Below are positions 50,710-63,734 of a stretch of 64,000 nt of DNA, piece after piece (positions within the stretch are counted from its first letter, which is position 1; each line of letters starts with the position of its first letter). The stretch is from Octopus bimaculoides (taxonomy: Eukaryota). The position numbers and the translations under genes are program-made. The stretch covers positions 30,078,178 through 30,142,177 of the forward strand of contig NC_068986.1 in the NCBI RefSeq assembly GCF_001194135.2. Direction: 5' to 3'. The notes beneath the pieces are model-generated. The model was not told the DNA's origin and searched no databases. It saw only the letters and a list, made by a program, of their open reading frames with translations.

Positions 50710-51113
50710 AAGTGGCTGTGTGGTAAGCAGCTTACTTACAAACCACATGGTTCTGGGTTCAGTCCCACTGCGTGGCACCTTGGGCAAGTGTCTTCTACTA
50801 TAGCCTCGGGCTGACCAAAGCCTTGTGAGTGGATTTGGTAGACGGAAACTGAAAGAAGCCCGACGTATATATGTATGCATATGTATGTGTGTGTATATGT
50901 TTGTGTGTCTGTGTCCCCCCAATATTGCTTGACAACCGATGCTGGTGTGTTTAGGTCCCCGTAACTTAGCGGTTCAGCAAAAGAGACCGATAGAATAAGT
51001 ACTAGGCATGCAAAGAATAAGTCCTAGGGTTGATTTACTCGACTAAAGGTGGTGCTCCAGCATGGCCACAGTCAAATGACTGAAATAAGTAAAAGAGTAA
51101 AAGAGTAAAGAGT
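50710..51113 (+). mobile_element. SINE family B, full length
   Basis: Near-consensus copy. Confidence 0.92.
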
Positions 51114-51587
51114 ACATACATAGCAGTGGTGGGAGGGGCTTGACATGTTCAGACAACCTTCTGCCCTGTTACAGTTCCATGCAAATATAGATATTATCAA
51201 GCATCTATATTAGGTTTGTAGTTTTTACAAATTAGATGGTGAAACTATTTTAATAATTGAGTACCCCCTTGGTTGATATCCTGGCACTATCCTGCTTCTA
51301 CATGGTTGCTCAGTTTGCTAGGAGTAGCAGTCAAAATTCCATTAAATACATCCAACCATCTTTAAAACAGGAAGGATAAATTGGACAGTGAAATCCCTGA
51401 TATATAAAGAAGGGCTGGTCATGGCTGGAGTGCTGAGGATAAATAACAACAATTACCTGTTAAATTCAGCCAATGTGAGAGTCGTCTCATTGTTGCTTGA
51501 CCTTCAAGAAATAGCAACCAAAATCTCCATCAAATCACATATTGCCTTCTTAAAAAAAAAATTTCTTTTAAAACATTGTTTAATATT

Positions 51588-51716
51588 AGGAGTACATGTG
51601 TGGTAAGTAGCTTGCTTACCAACCACATGGTTCTGGGTTCATTCCCACTGCGTGGCACCTTGGGCAAGTGAGTGGATTTGGTAGACGGAAACTGAAAGAA
51701 GCCCGTCGTATATATG

Positions 51717-51749
<33 letters not shown>

Positions 51750-51938
51750 TTGTCTCCCCACCATCGCTTGACAACCGATGCTGGTCTGTTTACGTCCCTG
51801 TAACTTAACGGTTCGGCAAAAGAGACCGATAGAATAAGTACTAGGCTTACAAAGAATAAGTCCTGGGGTCGATTTTCTCGACTAAAGGTGGTGCTCCAGC
51901 ATGGCTGCAGTCAAATGACTGAAACAAGTAAAAGAGTA
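51588..51938 (+). mobile_element. SINE family B with internal deletion, inserted in a family D repeat
   Basis: gggcaagtg joins directly to agtggatttgg (about 35 bp missing); family D halves at about 51495-51587 and 51939-52060. Confidence 0.85.
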
Positions 51939-54914
51939 TTGTCTTAGATGCACAATACCTGAAAATAAGAAAGGATAATCATGGCTGGAACGCCTTTGAT
52001 CACAAGTCTGTTTGGTCAGAGCTTATCTGGAACTGAAACATCAGCAACAACAATAACAACAACCAGCCCTGAGAAATGATAATAGTTTGAATGCACGAAT
52101 CCATGAATACAGTAACAGATTGTTATCTTCAATTGTATTTACTTTCTGTTCTACCCATCTTAGTTTCTGGTCCATTATAATGATGAACAAAACGTGTCTG
52201 TCAGAGTATTTCTCTAATATCATAGCAAGCAAAAACTCATGCAACTTTAATTATTAATAATCACTGGGATTATGGTTAGTTAATCTTTTCCTTTTTCTTT
52301 TTATAGAAGATGGCTGTTGTTATTTCTTAACAGAAAGCCACTTGTTTATAGACAGGAACTAAAAGCTGGTTTGAAATACTAGAAAACAGTGTGCTAATGT
52401 CATTTTATTTAATGAACCATTGTTATTGAGTAATTAATGGATTATCCATGACAATTGTGTACAGCAAACATTTAGATTTTTCTGAAGAGACATTGAAAAT
52501 TAAACAGCTGATGTTTCTAAATATTCAGCTCATTTTCTTTCTAATTGTAACTCATACCTCTAATTTACTGAGATGAATTAAGGGATTAGCAAGGGTACCA
52601 CCAAGAAGCTATTGTAATCTCTTTGACTACATCTGGTTCTTGCACAAAATGATATTACATTAAAAAGTCATTACTGCTATGCATATTACCTGGTATGAAA
52701 ATAAATGCTAGCTGTTACTACAGGCATATCCTACATTATAAAAATGTTGTGATCCTGAAAGTCTTGCTGTACGTTGGAATTTATAATGTGAAACCCATTT
52801 CCCATTGACTGCTATGTTATGTAGAAGTCAATGAACACAGAAGTCATGGGGAAAGGTTTCACTGCATGGAATCTTAGACTACAATAAGATATTCAAGTGC
52901 AACACTCCTATAATGTGAGGATGTTTCTATTAACTTTCTAATGAGCCAATAAGGGAGTTACTACATCCCCATCCATGCACAAAATTTTATCTGCCTTCAA
53001 ATTTGAAACTGACCCCTGATAAAGACTTTAAGCAGAAAACAAAATATTGTTATACTAGGGGATAGTCATTTTTTTTTTTTGTCAATTAAACATTTGAACA
53101 ACTTATTCAATCTTCATTCCAGTTTTTATACATATTATTTTTAGTTTATATGTCTATCAAAGTTCTTCCGTCACACATTCTGTGACTTCGGCTGTGGCTC
53201 TCTGTCGCATGTGTCTCCTCTTGTCCTGCTTATTTCATTTTGTTCTTATATGAATAAAAACTGAAGTGAAGATCAAATAAATGATGCATGCGTTTAATTG
53301 GCAAAAAGAAAAGTGACCATCCCCAAGTATAACAATATCTGTTTCAACACACGATTTCATATCAAGAATCTTGCAAAACAAACACATAAACGTTAAAAAA
53401 AAAACCTTTATGGAATAGCAAATACAAGCAAAATGAGAAAATGATTTAAGACTAAAAAAATCATTTAATATAATTTATATACCCTTGAGTTTGTTAGATT
53501 GTGGATTCATTATTTTTCTCCAGACAATTGTGCCTCAAGACGTTCTTAAGAGGAAGATTTTCTCATTTCTAATTCTCTTTTACCAGATGACTTTAAGAAC
53601 CTTCCATATGTATTTTGGTGGAATTTGTCCCACTTTGTGGCCAAATCTACACACATACACACACATACACTCACATGCATGCATGCATACATATACATAT
53701 GCATAAACAGTCTTTGTGGTATTGTGCACCAATGCTGTTGCATATCTTCTTATCCCTCTTGCAAATAAAAATGTTTGGTACCAGAAGAATAGAGTGAGAT
53801 GGGACAAATCTATGAAATATGAAGAATTTAGTTGACTTTATCACTTCAAACATTTGATTATCAGCCTTGTATTACATACACATAACCCATATGCATGCTC
53901 ACACACACTATACACATACACACATGATACACACAAACACACACACACACATACACATGATGCATGCACACATGCATGGGATACACAAAATTTTGTAGGC
54001 AAAAAGCACATTTTGTTAACCATCCATCTATGAAATTTTTGCATCAGCTTTGCATGCTCTCGGAAGCATAATAATGTTACCACACCCTTTCGTAAATTAT
54101 GCAACAGATGTATACATCCTGACCTGTCTAACTGATAATATCATAGAAAAGTTTGGTGCTAAATAAAATGAGACTGATTACAATGATAAGAACTTTGATG
54201 ATAGTTACCCAACTGTTATTTCAATATAGTACCCATTTGATGATTCTTAAACTCTTCAAGCAGCTAAATTTGTTTACTTATATTCCAGCAATAAAATGAA
54301 GTCTTCAGTTCTTGTACGTGCATCTATAACTGATTATAGTTCTAAAAATACAATATTCTGTATTTATGTTTCTTTCCTTCTTTTTTTTCTACCTTTTGTT
54401 TGTTTTTAAATATATATGTTACTCTGGGCGTCTTGTTTTCTGTGTGGCAAAATTCCAGCCTTGATTGAAGAGATAAATGTAATAGTCTTTGGCAAAGAAT
54501 CACCATTACATAACTGACATTAGCATCAAGTGAGGTTTCTAGCTTCATCTTGTGAGAGTTTATGTATCTCTCAGAATAGACGTATGATGTCATCAGCTAA
54601 AAGACCATTTTCTTTTGCAATATAGCCATTAATTCTTCCAGAAAGAAAATCCTTTGGAAGTCAGCCAGTAGGATTATGCTGGCTTAAATTCTGAAAAATT
54701 AGAACTACAAAAGGGTTTTGCAGTAAAAAAAAAATAAAATAAAAAAATAAAAATAAAAATAAATACAAAAAACAAACAGATTAACTCTTTGTTTATTCTT
54801 GGTCAATCCAAACTGTGTATTACATTCTCTATTACTGCTTCCTACTTGTTGCATGTTCAGTGCCTGTCTATTTTCTTGTTCTATAATTCTTACACTTTAT
54901 TTCATGAAATTGGC

Positions 54915-55040
54915 CATACGGCCTAACACAAAGGTGCTAAGAAGCAAGTGGGCTGGACACGTACAATAATGAAATGGAAGACGATAATATACATATGACA
55001 TAAATGAGATGAGCCCTCAGTGCCCACCAACCGAGAACCC
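54915..55040 (+). mobile_element. Possible decayed RTE-like LINE C-terminal fragment
   Basis: LRSKWAGHVQ resembles the KW-WAGHV-R motif; stops follow. Confidence 0.35.
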
Positions 55041-56098
55041 CTCAAAATCACTGTTCTTTTTTACAATATAAAAATTCAATTAAAAGCAGTTGAAATACAT
55101 AATTCTCAAAGCTATATTCAATCAATCAACAAATAGGCATGTTAAGCCTCCTAGGTCTTTTCCCCAAGCAGCCCTCTCGCGGCCTGCAGATATGCCTCCT
55201 GCGATAATTATTGCACTTTGCTCAATAACTGCCTTTGGTATGTTCTGCAGCTTCTTGTAAATTACATGTCCATCTGTTTCTTGCTGATTCTCTTCCTGCT
55301 CAGCAATTACTATTCATTACATGTCCACTGATTTCTCCAACTCATTATATGTTCACTAATTATGTGTATGTAGATTGTTTGCTCATTTTGTAGCCACCAG
55401 CTTTCTATTCTTCCATTATCTGGCAAGTGGTTAATCGTTCCATGTTTATGTTTTCTGTCCTGCCCTTCTTTCTTCATTTCTTCCACTGATCACCTTATGA
55501 TTTACATTTTACCACATAAACATAATAACTAGACTGACTCAATCCATTTTTCTGTTCCCGTTATAACAGTGAGAGCAACTGAGCTTTAGCTTACTCAGGG
55601 AACCAACTACTCTAAGTTTGAAACTGTTCTTAGTCATTGTACCAGAAAAAGCCTTATAGCTATTAATACTATTGGGTCGATACTGAAGGAGGTTTGAATT
55701 TTCATTTTGGTAGGACATTCTTTATCGTATTTCAGCTCTATTTCATTATTTATCTTTGGACAAATGAATCAAATTTCATTAGCAACAATCTGTAATTTGA
55801 TTTCTTCTGTTTACTCTGTAATAAATTGTTTCATAAATTTGGCTACACTCACTATTCTTTCTGACCATTCTTTGGAGTGTGTGTCTCAAGGGTATGTGTC
55901 TCAAATTAGATTTGTTAGTTAATCTCATGAGTGAAATACCACAACATTACTTCATTATTTCGTATTTTCTTTCTCATTTCCTTTTTTTTTTTCTTTATTA
56001 ATTGTATTTTCTCTTCCTCAGACTATAAATCTACTTATCAAACAAACTCACTAATGCCTACTTTAAAATTGGGAGTCGTCTATGCAAGAGCCCTTCCC

Positions 56099-56141
<43 letters not shown>

Positions 56142-56435
56142 NNNNNNNNNNNNNNNNNNNNNNNNNNNNNNNNNNNNNNNNNNNNNNNNNNNNNNNNNNN
56201 NNNNNNNNNNNNNNNNNNNNNNNNNNNNNNNNNNNNNNNNNNNNNNNNNNNNNNNNNNNNNNNNNNNNNNNNNNNNNNNNNNNNNNNNNNNNNNNNNNNN
56301 NNNNNNNNNNNNNNNNNNNNNNNNNNNNNNNNNNNNNNNNNNNNNNNNNNNNNNNNNNNNNNNNNNNNNNNNNNNNNNNNNNNNNNNNNNNNNNNNNNNN
56401 NNNNNNNNNNNNNNNNNNNNNNNNNNNNNNNNNNN

Positions 56436-56606
56436 TGAGTGAAATACCACAACATTACTTCATTATTTCGTATTTTCTTTCTCATTTCCTTTTTTTTTTT
56501 CTTTATTAATTGTATTTTCTCTTCCTCAGACTATAAATCTACTTATCAAACAAACTCACTAATGCCTACTTTAAAATTGGGAGTCGTCTATGCAAGAGCC
56601 CTTCCC

Positions 56607-56642
<36 letters not shown>
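56436..56642. other. Duplicate of 55929-56141 across an N-gap (probable assembly artefact)
   Basis: The same ~170 bp of unique sequence plus (TA)n appears on both sides of the gap. Confidence 0.85.
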
Positions 56643-56649
<7 letters not shown>

Positions 56650-57167
56650 TCATTTTCATTTTATCTAGTTTCAGCTCATGAGCTGTGGCCATGCTGGGGC
56701 ACATATACACACACACACATATAAAGAACGCATTTAACGATTGGTCTCTTTCTCAATGTCTAACATCAAGCACATGATTATACACCATATTGATTTTAAT
56801 CAGGCCTTCTTTAAATTAACTCCTATTTTCACACTCTCAATTTTTCTCAGCTAACTTTCCATGTCTCAGTTTATTTTTAATTATGATTCCTTTCTTTTCC
56901 CATCCTCTTAAATTTATTTGTCACATTCCCATTTCTATTCCCCCATTTAAAGCTAATTAGAATTTCTTAGCGATTAAATAATTCAGAAATGCCATCCACA
57001 TGAAAACCAATGCACAAGTTAGCGTTAACCTTTTTAAAGCATCACACTAATTTGAAATTGATATGAAGTGCAGCAAAAAAAATCTAATTAGAAATTAGAA
57101 ATAAATCTGTGGTGAGGAAACAATACTATTAGCCTATAAGGTTATTTTATTAATTTCCTAGACAACT

Positions 57168-57520
57168 AGGCATGGCCGTGTGGATACGAAGCTTGCTTGC
57201 CAAGCATGTTGTCTTGGGTTCAGTGGTACCCTGAGCAAATGTTTTCTACTACAGCCTTCATTTCACCCAAGACTTGGGAGTGAATTTGATAGATGGAAAC
57301 TGGAAGAAACTTATTATATATATATGTGTGTATAGGCACAGGAGTGGCTGTGTGGTAAGTAGCTTGCTTACCAACCACATGGTTCCAAGTTCGGTCTCAC
57401 TGTGTGGCACCTTGGGCAAGTGTCTTCTACTATAGCTGACCAAAGCTTAGTGAGTGGATTTGGTAGGCGGAAACTGAAAGAAGCCCGTCGTATATATGTA
57501 CATATATATGTATGTGTGTG
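57168..57520 (+). mobile_element. Two tandem SINE B 5' halves (about 57168-57330 older, 57334-57520 younger)
   Basis: Both end in the internal (TA/TG) tract. Confidence 0.8.
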
Positions 57521-57569
57521 CATTGACAAAAATCACATAACAGATTTTCAAAATTTGAATAAGTTTAGG

Positions 57570-57940
57570 GAGATATAACCTCTGCTGGCAACAAAAGGAT
57601 TCTCTTTGAACAAAGAGTAGATTGTAGTACATTGCTTGTGTATGAAGTGTAATACTGCATTGTAGTAAGACAGGAGTACTAAACACAGAGGCTGTGCAAA
57701 GGTCAGAGAGAAATGAATCTAGCCTGTTCTTCTGAATATGTAATGTTAGTGTGCATGAACAATATTTTACAGATAAGCTGAGAGATAAACTGGGTGCAAG
57801 AGGAATCAATTGTAGCATGCAATACAAACGATGCAAAATGGTAACAAATGGATAAAAAAAAAGTGCTAGGAGATTCAAGCAGAAGGAAACTGTGAAAGAG
57901 GAAGATGAAGGGAAATATGGGCAAGTGTATTGAAATCTCA
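57570..57940 (+). mobile_element. Heavily decayed RTE LINE ORF fragment
   Basis: Frameshifted remnants LLATKGFSL..., EK*I*PVLLNM*C*C, ER*TG.KR.. are colinear with the intact 27810-28116 segment. Confidence 0.6.
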
Positions 57941-59543
57941 TCTTAGAATGTTGTGAGCCAGACAAAGATGATGACAAATGAATGCAAGAAATATAAAAAC
58001 ATTGTGTTAGAAAGTACCCATCCAACCAATGCAAGCATAGAAAAGTGAATATGATGATAACAGTGGTAATGATGGTAGTGTAGGTGGTGGTGATAGTGAT
58101 GGTAAGATAATGCAATACACTTATTTATACATGTAGAGATACACACATATAAATATATCAAGATAAGCATAGTACCAGGATTTCAAGTAATTGTTGTTAA
58201 GGTACTTCAGATGAGGGACAGGTGGAGCATCTGCAACAAGAACCTTTGAAGGTAACTGTCAAAGTGTGGCAAGGAGCTTGAGTACTTCTAATCCAAAGAT
58301 CAAAAAGTCTTTTATCCTTTTTGAAGAAAAGAAGAGATAGTGCAAGAAAGATTGGAGAGGTTACAGGATCAGAAAGAAGAAAGTAAAAATTTTGGAGGAG
58401 TTGTGCATGTTTTAATGCAAGATTGCTTTCCCTTTTAATACAATGTAAAGGGGAAAGAATTTGCTTCAGATGTAATCATGCCCAATGAGAGCAATTTGTC
58501 GACAATAATTCAAGTGGAAAAGTTATGGGGAAACTCTTTGATGCAAACCATACAACTGTACATTCTGACAAATCATTACTAACAATTATACAACAAGGAC
58601 ATCGGCCATTTTCTCACTCAAATGAAGCATACAAATGTTTGTTTATTCTGTTTCATAACTACATCATGTGATTTCCATGTAACTTGTTTAGCAGCTTGAC
58701 ACACACAGTGATAAGTAAATTAGTCCTATTTTCAATTCATTCAAATCCTATCTTGATTTAGGGTGAGAACTGAGTCGAAAAAATATGAATAAACTTTAAT
58801 ATAAAAAGTATAAACTGGTAAACACTTGTAAATAATAATTCACGAGGGAAAAATAAGGCAATAATTTCATATAATTGTTAATAAAAATTGCGATATTTCT
58901 TCTCTCATACTAACTTGCTTATATATATATGAATCAACAATTGAACTTCTGTGCAGTTGCCCATTCTGATAGAAAGTGAAACTAAATCTTTCTCAAATCA
59001 CATTATGCCACTTAAAAAAGAAAGTACATTATATAATAGAAAATTACTATTTTTAGATCTCATAACGAGAGATATTCAGCAACAGTACTTTGTAGTAAAA
59101 ATTGTTTGCCAACATAACATGGCAGTCCTGGTTTAGGACTAATTTTGCTGTAATTTAGCCCCCAGGAGACATTATCTCCAGCTGGCTATACAACATGATC
59201 TGTGTCCTTATATTTTCAAACAATGTAAGTTACAATACCTGTCATCATAAATTTGTGCAGGCTGGCTTGAGATTAAAAGCTGCACTGACTAGCCAATATG
59301 TATCTCTAAATATATATATTTAAATTCTGAGTTCAAATTCTACCGAGGTCAACTTTGTGGCACATGGTGCACCTGTACAGTAATGTTGATTTGATGGAGG
59401 GAGTGAGCTTATGTATACTCAAACACTTGATCACTATAAACAAATCATCTGTGTGGTTATTTGTCAAGAAACTGCTGAACCTTCATACATCGTCTAACAA
59501 CAGGAAAGTTCATGACATGATGATATGTATATATATATATATA

Positions 59544-59927
59544 TCATCATCATCATTATCATCGTTTAACGTCAGCTTTCCATGCTAGCATGAGTTGGAC
59601 GATTTAACTGAGGACTGGTGAACCGGATGGCTACACAAGGCTCCAATCTGATCTGGCAGGTTTCTACAGCTGGATGCCCTTCCTAACACCAACCACTCCA
59701 ATAGTGTAGTGGGTGCGTTTACGTGCCACCAGCACGAGGGCCAGTCACGCGGTACTGGCAACGGACACGCTCAAAATGGAGTTTTTTTATGTGCCACCTG
59801 CACAGGAGCCAGTCCAGCGGCACTAGCAACGACCTTGCTCGAATGATTTTCTAACGTGCCACCAGCACAAGTGCCAGTAAGGCGGCGCTGGTAACGATCA
59901 CGTTCAAATGGTGCTATTTATGTGCCA
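59544..59927 (-). mobile_element. RTE LINE 3' UTR with about four tandem subrepeats, flanked by (TA)n on both sides
   Basis: tcgtttaacgtcagctttccatgctagcatg...gggtgcgtttacgtgccacc and repeated gtgccacc...gagcc/gccagt units. Confidence 0.88.
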
Positions 59928-59934
59928 TGAGCAC

Positions 59935-60205
<271 letters not shown>

Positions 60206-60865
60206 TATGTAAGTGCAATCATTAAGGAAAGGATCTACATTACCTTGTTACATATTTTTGCTCTCATACACAACAGATTCAAACTGGAGTTGAGCATGAG
60301 TTATTTATGAATTAGAGAAATGAAAAATTGACTAAATTGATCGTAGCTGTGAAGATAAAGTTACGAATTACATTGCGTAAATACACTCATGATAACTTTT
60401 GCCAGAGAGCATTGGTTATAATATAAAGATGGGATTTGATAATTTTGGAAACAGGAAACTTCAAAATAAGGAAAAAATTTATTAGTTTAAGATCCAAGCT
60501 TAAGTCCATAATTCCTTTTGGCAAATTTTCCCCTGTTTATCTTTCTTTTTGATATCCAAACGGAAGAAGGAGTAATCAATACCTGCAGGAGAATAGCTCA
60601 TGTTTCTTCTGTTCGTTCACTTAGTTGCTACTCACTGTTTCTCAGTACACGTGATCCATCGGGCAGAATCATCATCATCATCATCATCATCATCATTGTC
60701 ATCATTATTGTCATCATCATTGTCATCATCATTGTCAGTGTTCCATGCAGGTATGAGTTGGTCAGTATATATATATATATATATATATAACAATATATGC
60801 TTTTACTTATTAATTTTCTATATGTGACTGTGGATTTTTATCGATGAGTTCATGAGCCTTCGCTC

Positions 60866-61273
60866 TTTTTAGCTACATGTGATCCTTCACAAACCATTTA
60901 TATATGCTGCTTGTTATACAGGTAAGCCAATACTTAATTTAAATTTACATCCTGTATATATGTGGATCTATGTTGTATCGAAACATGTGTAGGGGTCATT
61001 AAACAGCTGTGTATATATATATATATGTATTTATGTATGTATGTATGTATGTATATATATATATAAATATATATATACATAAAAAGGAAAGAAGAAATAG
61101 TGTGAAAAGGAAGAGGGAGAATGATTCAACAGCTGTTTAATGGCCCCTACATATGTTTCGATACAACATAGATCCACATATATACAGGATGTAAATTCAA
61201 ATTAAGTAATGGCTTACCTGTATAACAGACAGCATATATAAATGGTATGTGAAGAATCGCATGTAGCTAAAAA
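60866..61273. repeat. Long inverted repeat: two 145-bp arms around a 118-bp spacer
   Basis: Arm 1 60866-61010 (tttttagctacatg...taaacagctgt) and arm 2 61129-61273 (acagctgtttaa...catgtagctaaaaa) are reverse complements with scattered mismatches. Confidence 0.9.
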
Positions 61274-61704
61274 CTCTGAGTCACTGCAGAGTGACTCAAC
61301 AGTTTAAGACAAATAAACTGCTTTGCTACATATGTTGGTTACTTTTTGTTCTGAGGTCAATTCACTGAGGATCATGAATTCAGAATGGAGTGTGGATCTT
61401 CACACCTGACCAAAAACAGCCATGCCTTGATGTATGCTCTGGGTTTTAGTGCATTTTCCAAAATGAAATTAAAGTCTAAGTGGGGGTAACACTTGAGAGA
61501 TGTTAGACGAAATTTGTATGAAATTGCTAACCACATTGGATGGCCTTTAGGAAAAAGGTGTCTATGGTGCATATCAGACATGCTGAGATCATTATGTATA
61601 TCCTGGAGGAGGTTTTTTTTTATGGTGTTTTTGATTTTTTTTTTTTTTTTTTTTATGAAGAGAATGGTGACTGAATCTAAATGATATAGAAATATATTAT
61701 TTAT

Positions 61705-61919
61705 TCTTTTCTACTCTAGAAGCAAGGCCTGAAATTTTGGGGGAGGGGGCAAGTCGATTAGATCTACCGCAGTATGCAACTGGTACTTAATTTATCGACC
61801 CCAAAAGGATGAAAGACAAAGTCAGCCTCAAGGGAATTTGAACTCAGAGCGTAAAGACAGACAAAATACTGCTAAGCATTTCTCCCAGCATGCTAATGTT
61901 TCTGCCAGCTCGCCACCTT
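61705..61919 (-). mobile_element. SINE family A, long variant, with 15-bp TSD
   Basis: TSD aaatatattatttat at 61690-61704 and 61920-61934. Confidence 0.9.
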
Positions 61920-62201
61920 AAATATATTATTTATCGTAGTACTGATATTATATTTGGAGCTCCTTATTCAGGAACTTTTTGATACAACCTTGAGTATATG
62001 TATTAATTAATTAATTAATAAATTCATTCATTTATTCATTTTTTTCTTTCTTTCTGAAAAATTAGAGCAAAGAAAACAATTGTAATGTTTATAACTTTCT
62101 CAGTGTTATTAGTGAGATTATGGAGCAACTTAAATCAGCAACAAAAGCAAGTTTTATGGAGACATCAATTACCGGATACATTTAATCAAAAGAATGAATA
62201 T

Positions 62202-62580
62202 GCAGGTGTGGCTGTGTGGTAGGAAGCTTGCTTCTCAACCACATGGTTCTGGGCTCAGTCCCACGGAGTGGCACTTTCGACAAGTATTTTCTACTGCAGC
62301 TTTGGGTCAACCAAAGCCTTGAAAGTGGATTTGGTAGATGGAAACTGAAAGAAGCCCATCATGTGTGTATGTGTGTGTGTATCTGTATTTGTCACCCATG
62401 ACAACCTATGTTAGTATGTTTACATCCACATATCGTAGCAGTTCAGCAAAAAGGATCTATAGGATAAATACCAGACTTTAAAAAAAGTACTAGGGTCGAT
62501 TCATTTGACTAAAAATTCTTCTAAGTGGAGCCCTAGAATGGCTGCAGTCTAATGATTGAAACAAGTGAAAGGTAAAAGAT
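62202..62580 (+). mobile_element. SINE family B, diverged
   Basis: gcaggtgtggctgtgtggtaggaagcttgc...gaaacaagtgaaaggtaaaagat. Confidence 0.85.
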
Positions 62581-63086
62581 AACTTTAAAAGGATTTTTAT
62601 GATTTTTTACATTACAATTTAAAGGTAATGGATGAACACGTTTTTAATTTTTTAGGCCTAATCAGCACTGATTAGGCAGAACTATGATTAAAGACACTGA
62701 GCCATGACTAAACTGTCTTCTATTCAAACATAATAATACACTTAAAACTACATTGTCCAATGTATTCTTTCTTTTTTTTCAAAATGATAGGGGGTCACCT
62801 GAGGATATATGTAGCGGCTAATTCTAGCAGGTTAGTTGACCACATAAGATGTCCCCTAGATCAATGATAGGATAATAGGATACTCACCTGCCAATGGTGA
62901 AGTAAAGAGTCAAGCTAAATGCTTTAATGGATTGTGTTTAGTGTCTTGATTCTCTAGGATGCAAAGGTTGATTTTATCTCCCATTGCTCTGGATACAATA
63001 AAGTAAGTACCAATAATATTTTGGTCTCCGAGTTTGAGACAGTTCACAATGTACAATGCACCTCTTTTAAAACAATTATCATGTAG

Positions 63087-63342
63087 GCGCAGGAGTGGCT
63101 GTGTGGTAAGTAGCTTGCTTACCAACCACATGGTTCCGGATTCAGTCCCACTGTGCCAGTGGCATGTAAAAGCACCCATTACATTCTCAGAGTGGTTGGC
63201 AAATAAGTGCATCTAGCCATAGAAAACCATGCTAAATCAGACTGGAGTCTGGTGTAGCCTTCCAGCTTACCAGCCCTGGTCAAACTGTCAAAAACCATGC
63301 CAGCATGGACAATGGATGTTAAATGATGATGGTGATGATGAT
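63087..63342 (+). mobile_element. Chimera: SINE B tRNA head fused to an RTE 3' UTR and tail
   Basis: ggcgcaggagtggctgtgtgg...cagtcccactgtg joins ccagtggcatgtaaaagcaccc...ccagcatggacaatggatgttaaatgatgatg. Confidence 0.75.
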
Positions 63343-63467
63343 ATATATAATTTAACTTTCCCGAGCATCAAGCTAATACACCTGCTTGTTATTTATACAC
63401 ATGTCTTCGTTTTTTGTTTTTCTGTAAATTTCAATTATATACATACATACATACATACATACATACA

Positions 63468-63569
<102 letters not shown>

Positions 63570-63725
63570 GACACAGGAATGGGTGTGTGGTAAGAAGTTG
63601 CTTCCCAGTCACATAGTCCTGAGTTCAGTCCCACTGCATGGCACCTTGGGCAAGTGTCTTCTACTATAGCCTCAGGCTGACCAAAGCCTTGTGAGTGGAT
63701 TTGATAGCCGGAAACTGAAAGAAAT
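63570..63725 (+). mobile_element. SINE family B 5' half
   Basis: Ends at ggaaactgaaagaa, directly before the Helitron. Confidence 0.85.
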
Positions 63726-63734
63726 ATATATCTA

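Noticed and set aside
54530-54600. Minus-strand CUGAUGA followed by hairpins
   Set aside because: No GAAA directly after a stem II and no matching stem I or III.
57447-58115. Longest clean ORF (222 aa, minus)
   Set aside because: It is the antisense of a SINE B, a decayed RTE fragment and a (GAT/GGT) tract.
59900-59918. Minus-strand tagcaccatttgaa matching the start of miR-29
   Set aside because: It lies inside an RTE UTR subrepeat, diverges after 14 nt and has no precursor hairpin.
60950-61000. Hammerhead call for the GAAAC-ATRT-GTA motif in the foldback arms
   Set aside because: The CUGANGA core and a stem I partner are missing; kept only as a remark.
61585-61606. tgagatcatt resembling bantam
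   Set aside because: Only a 10-nt match, with no hairpin.
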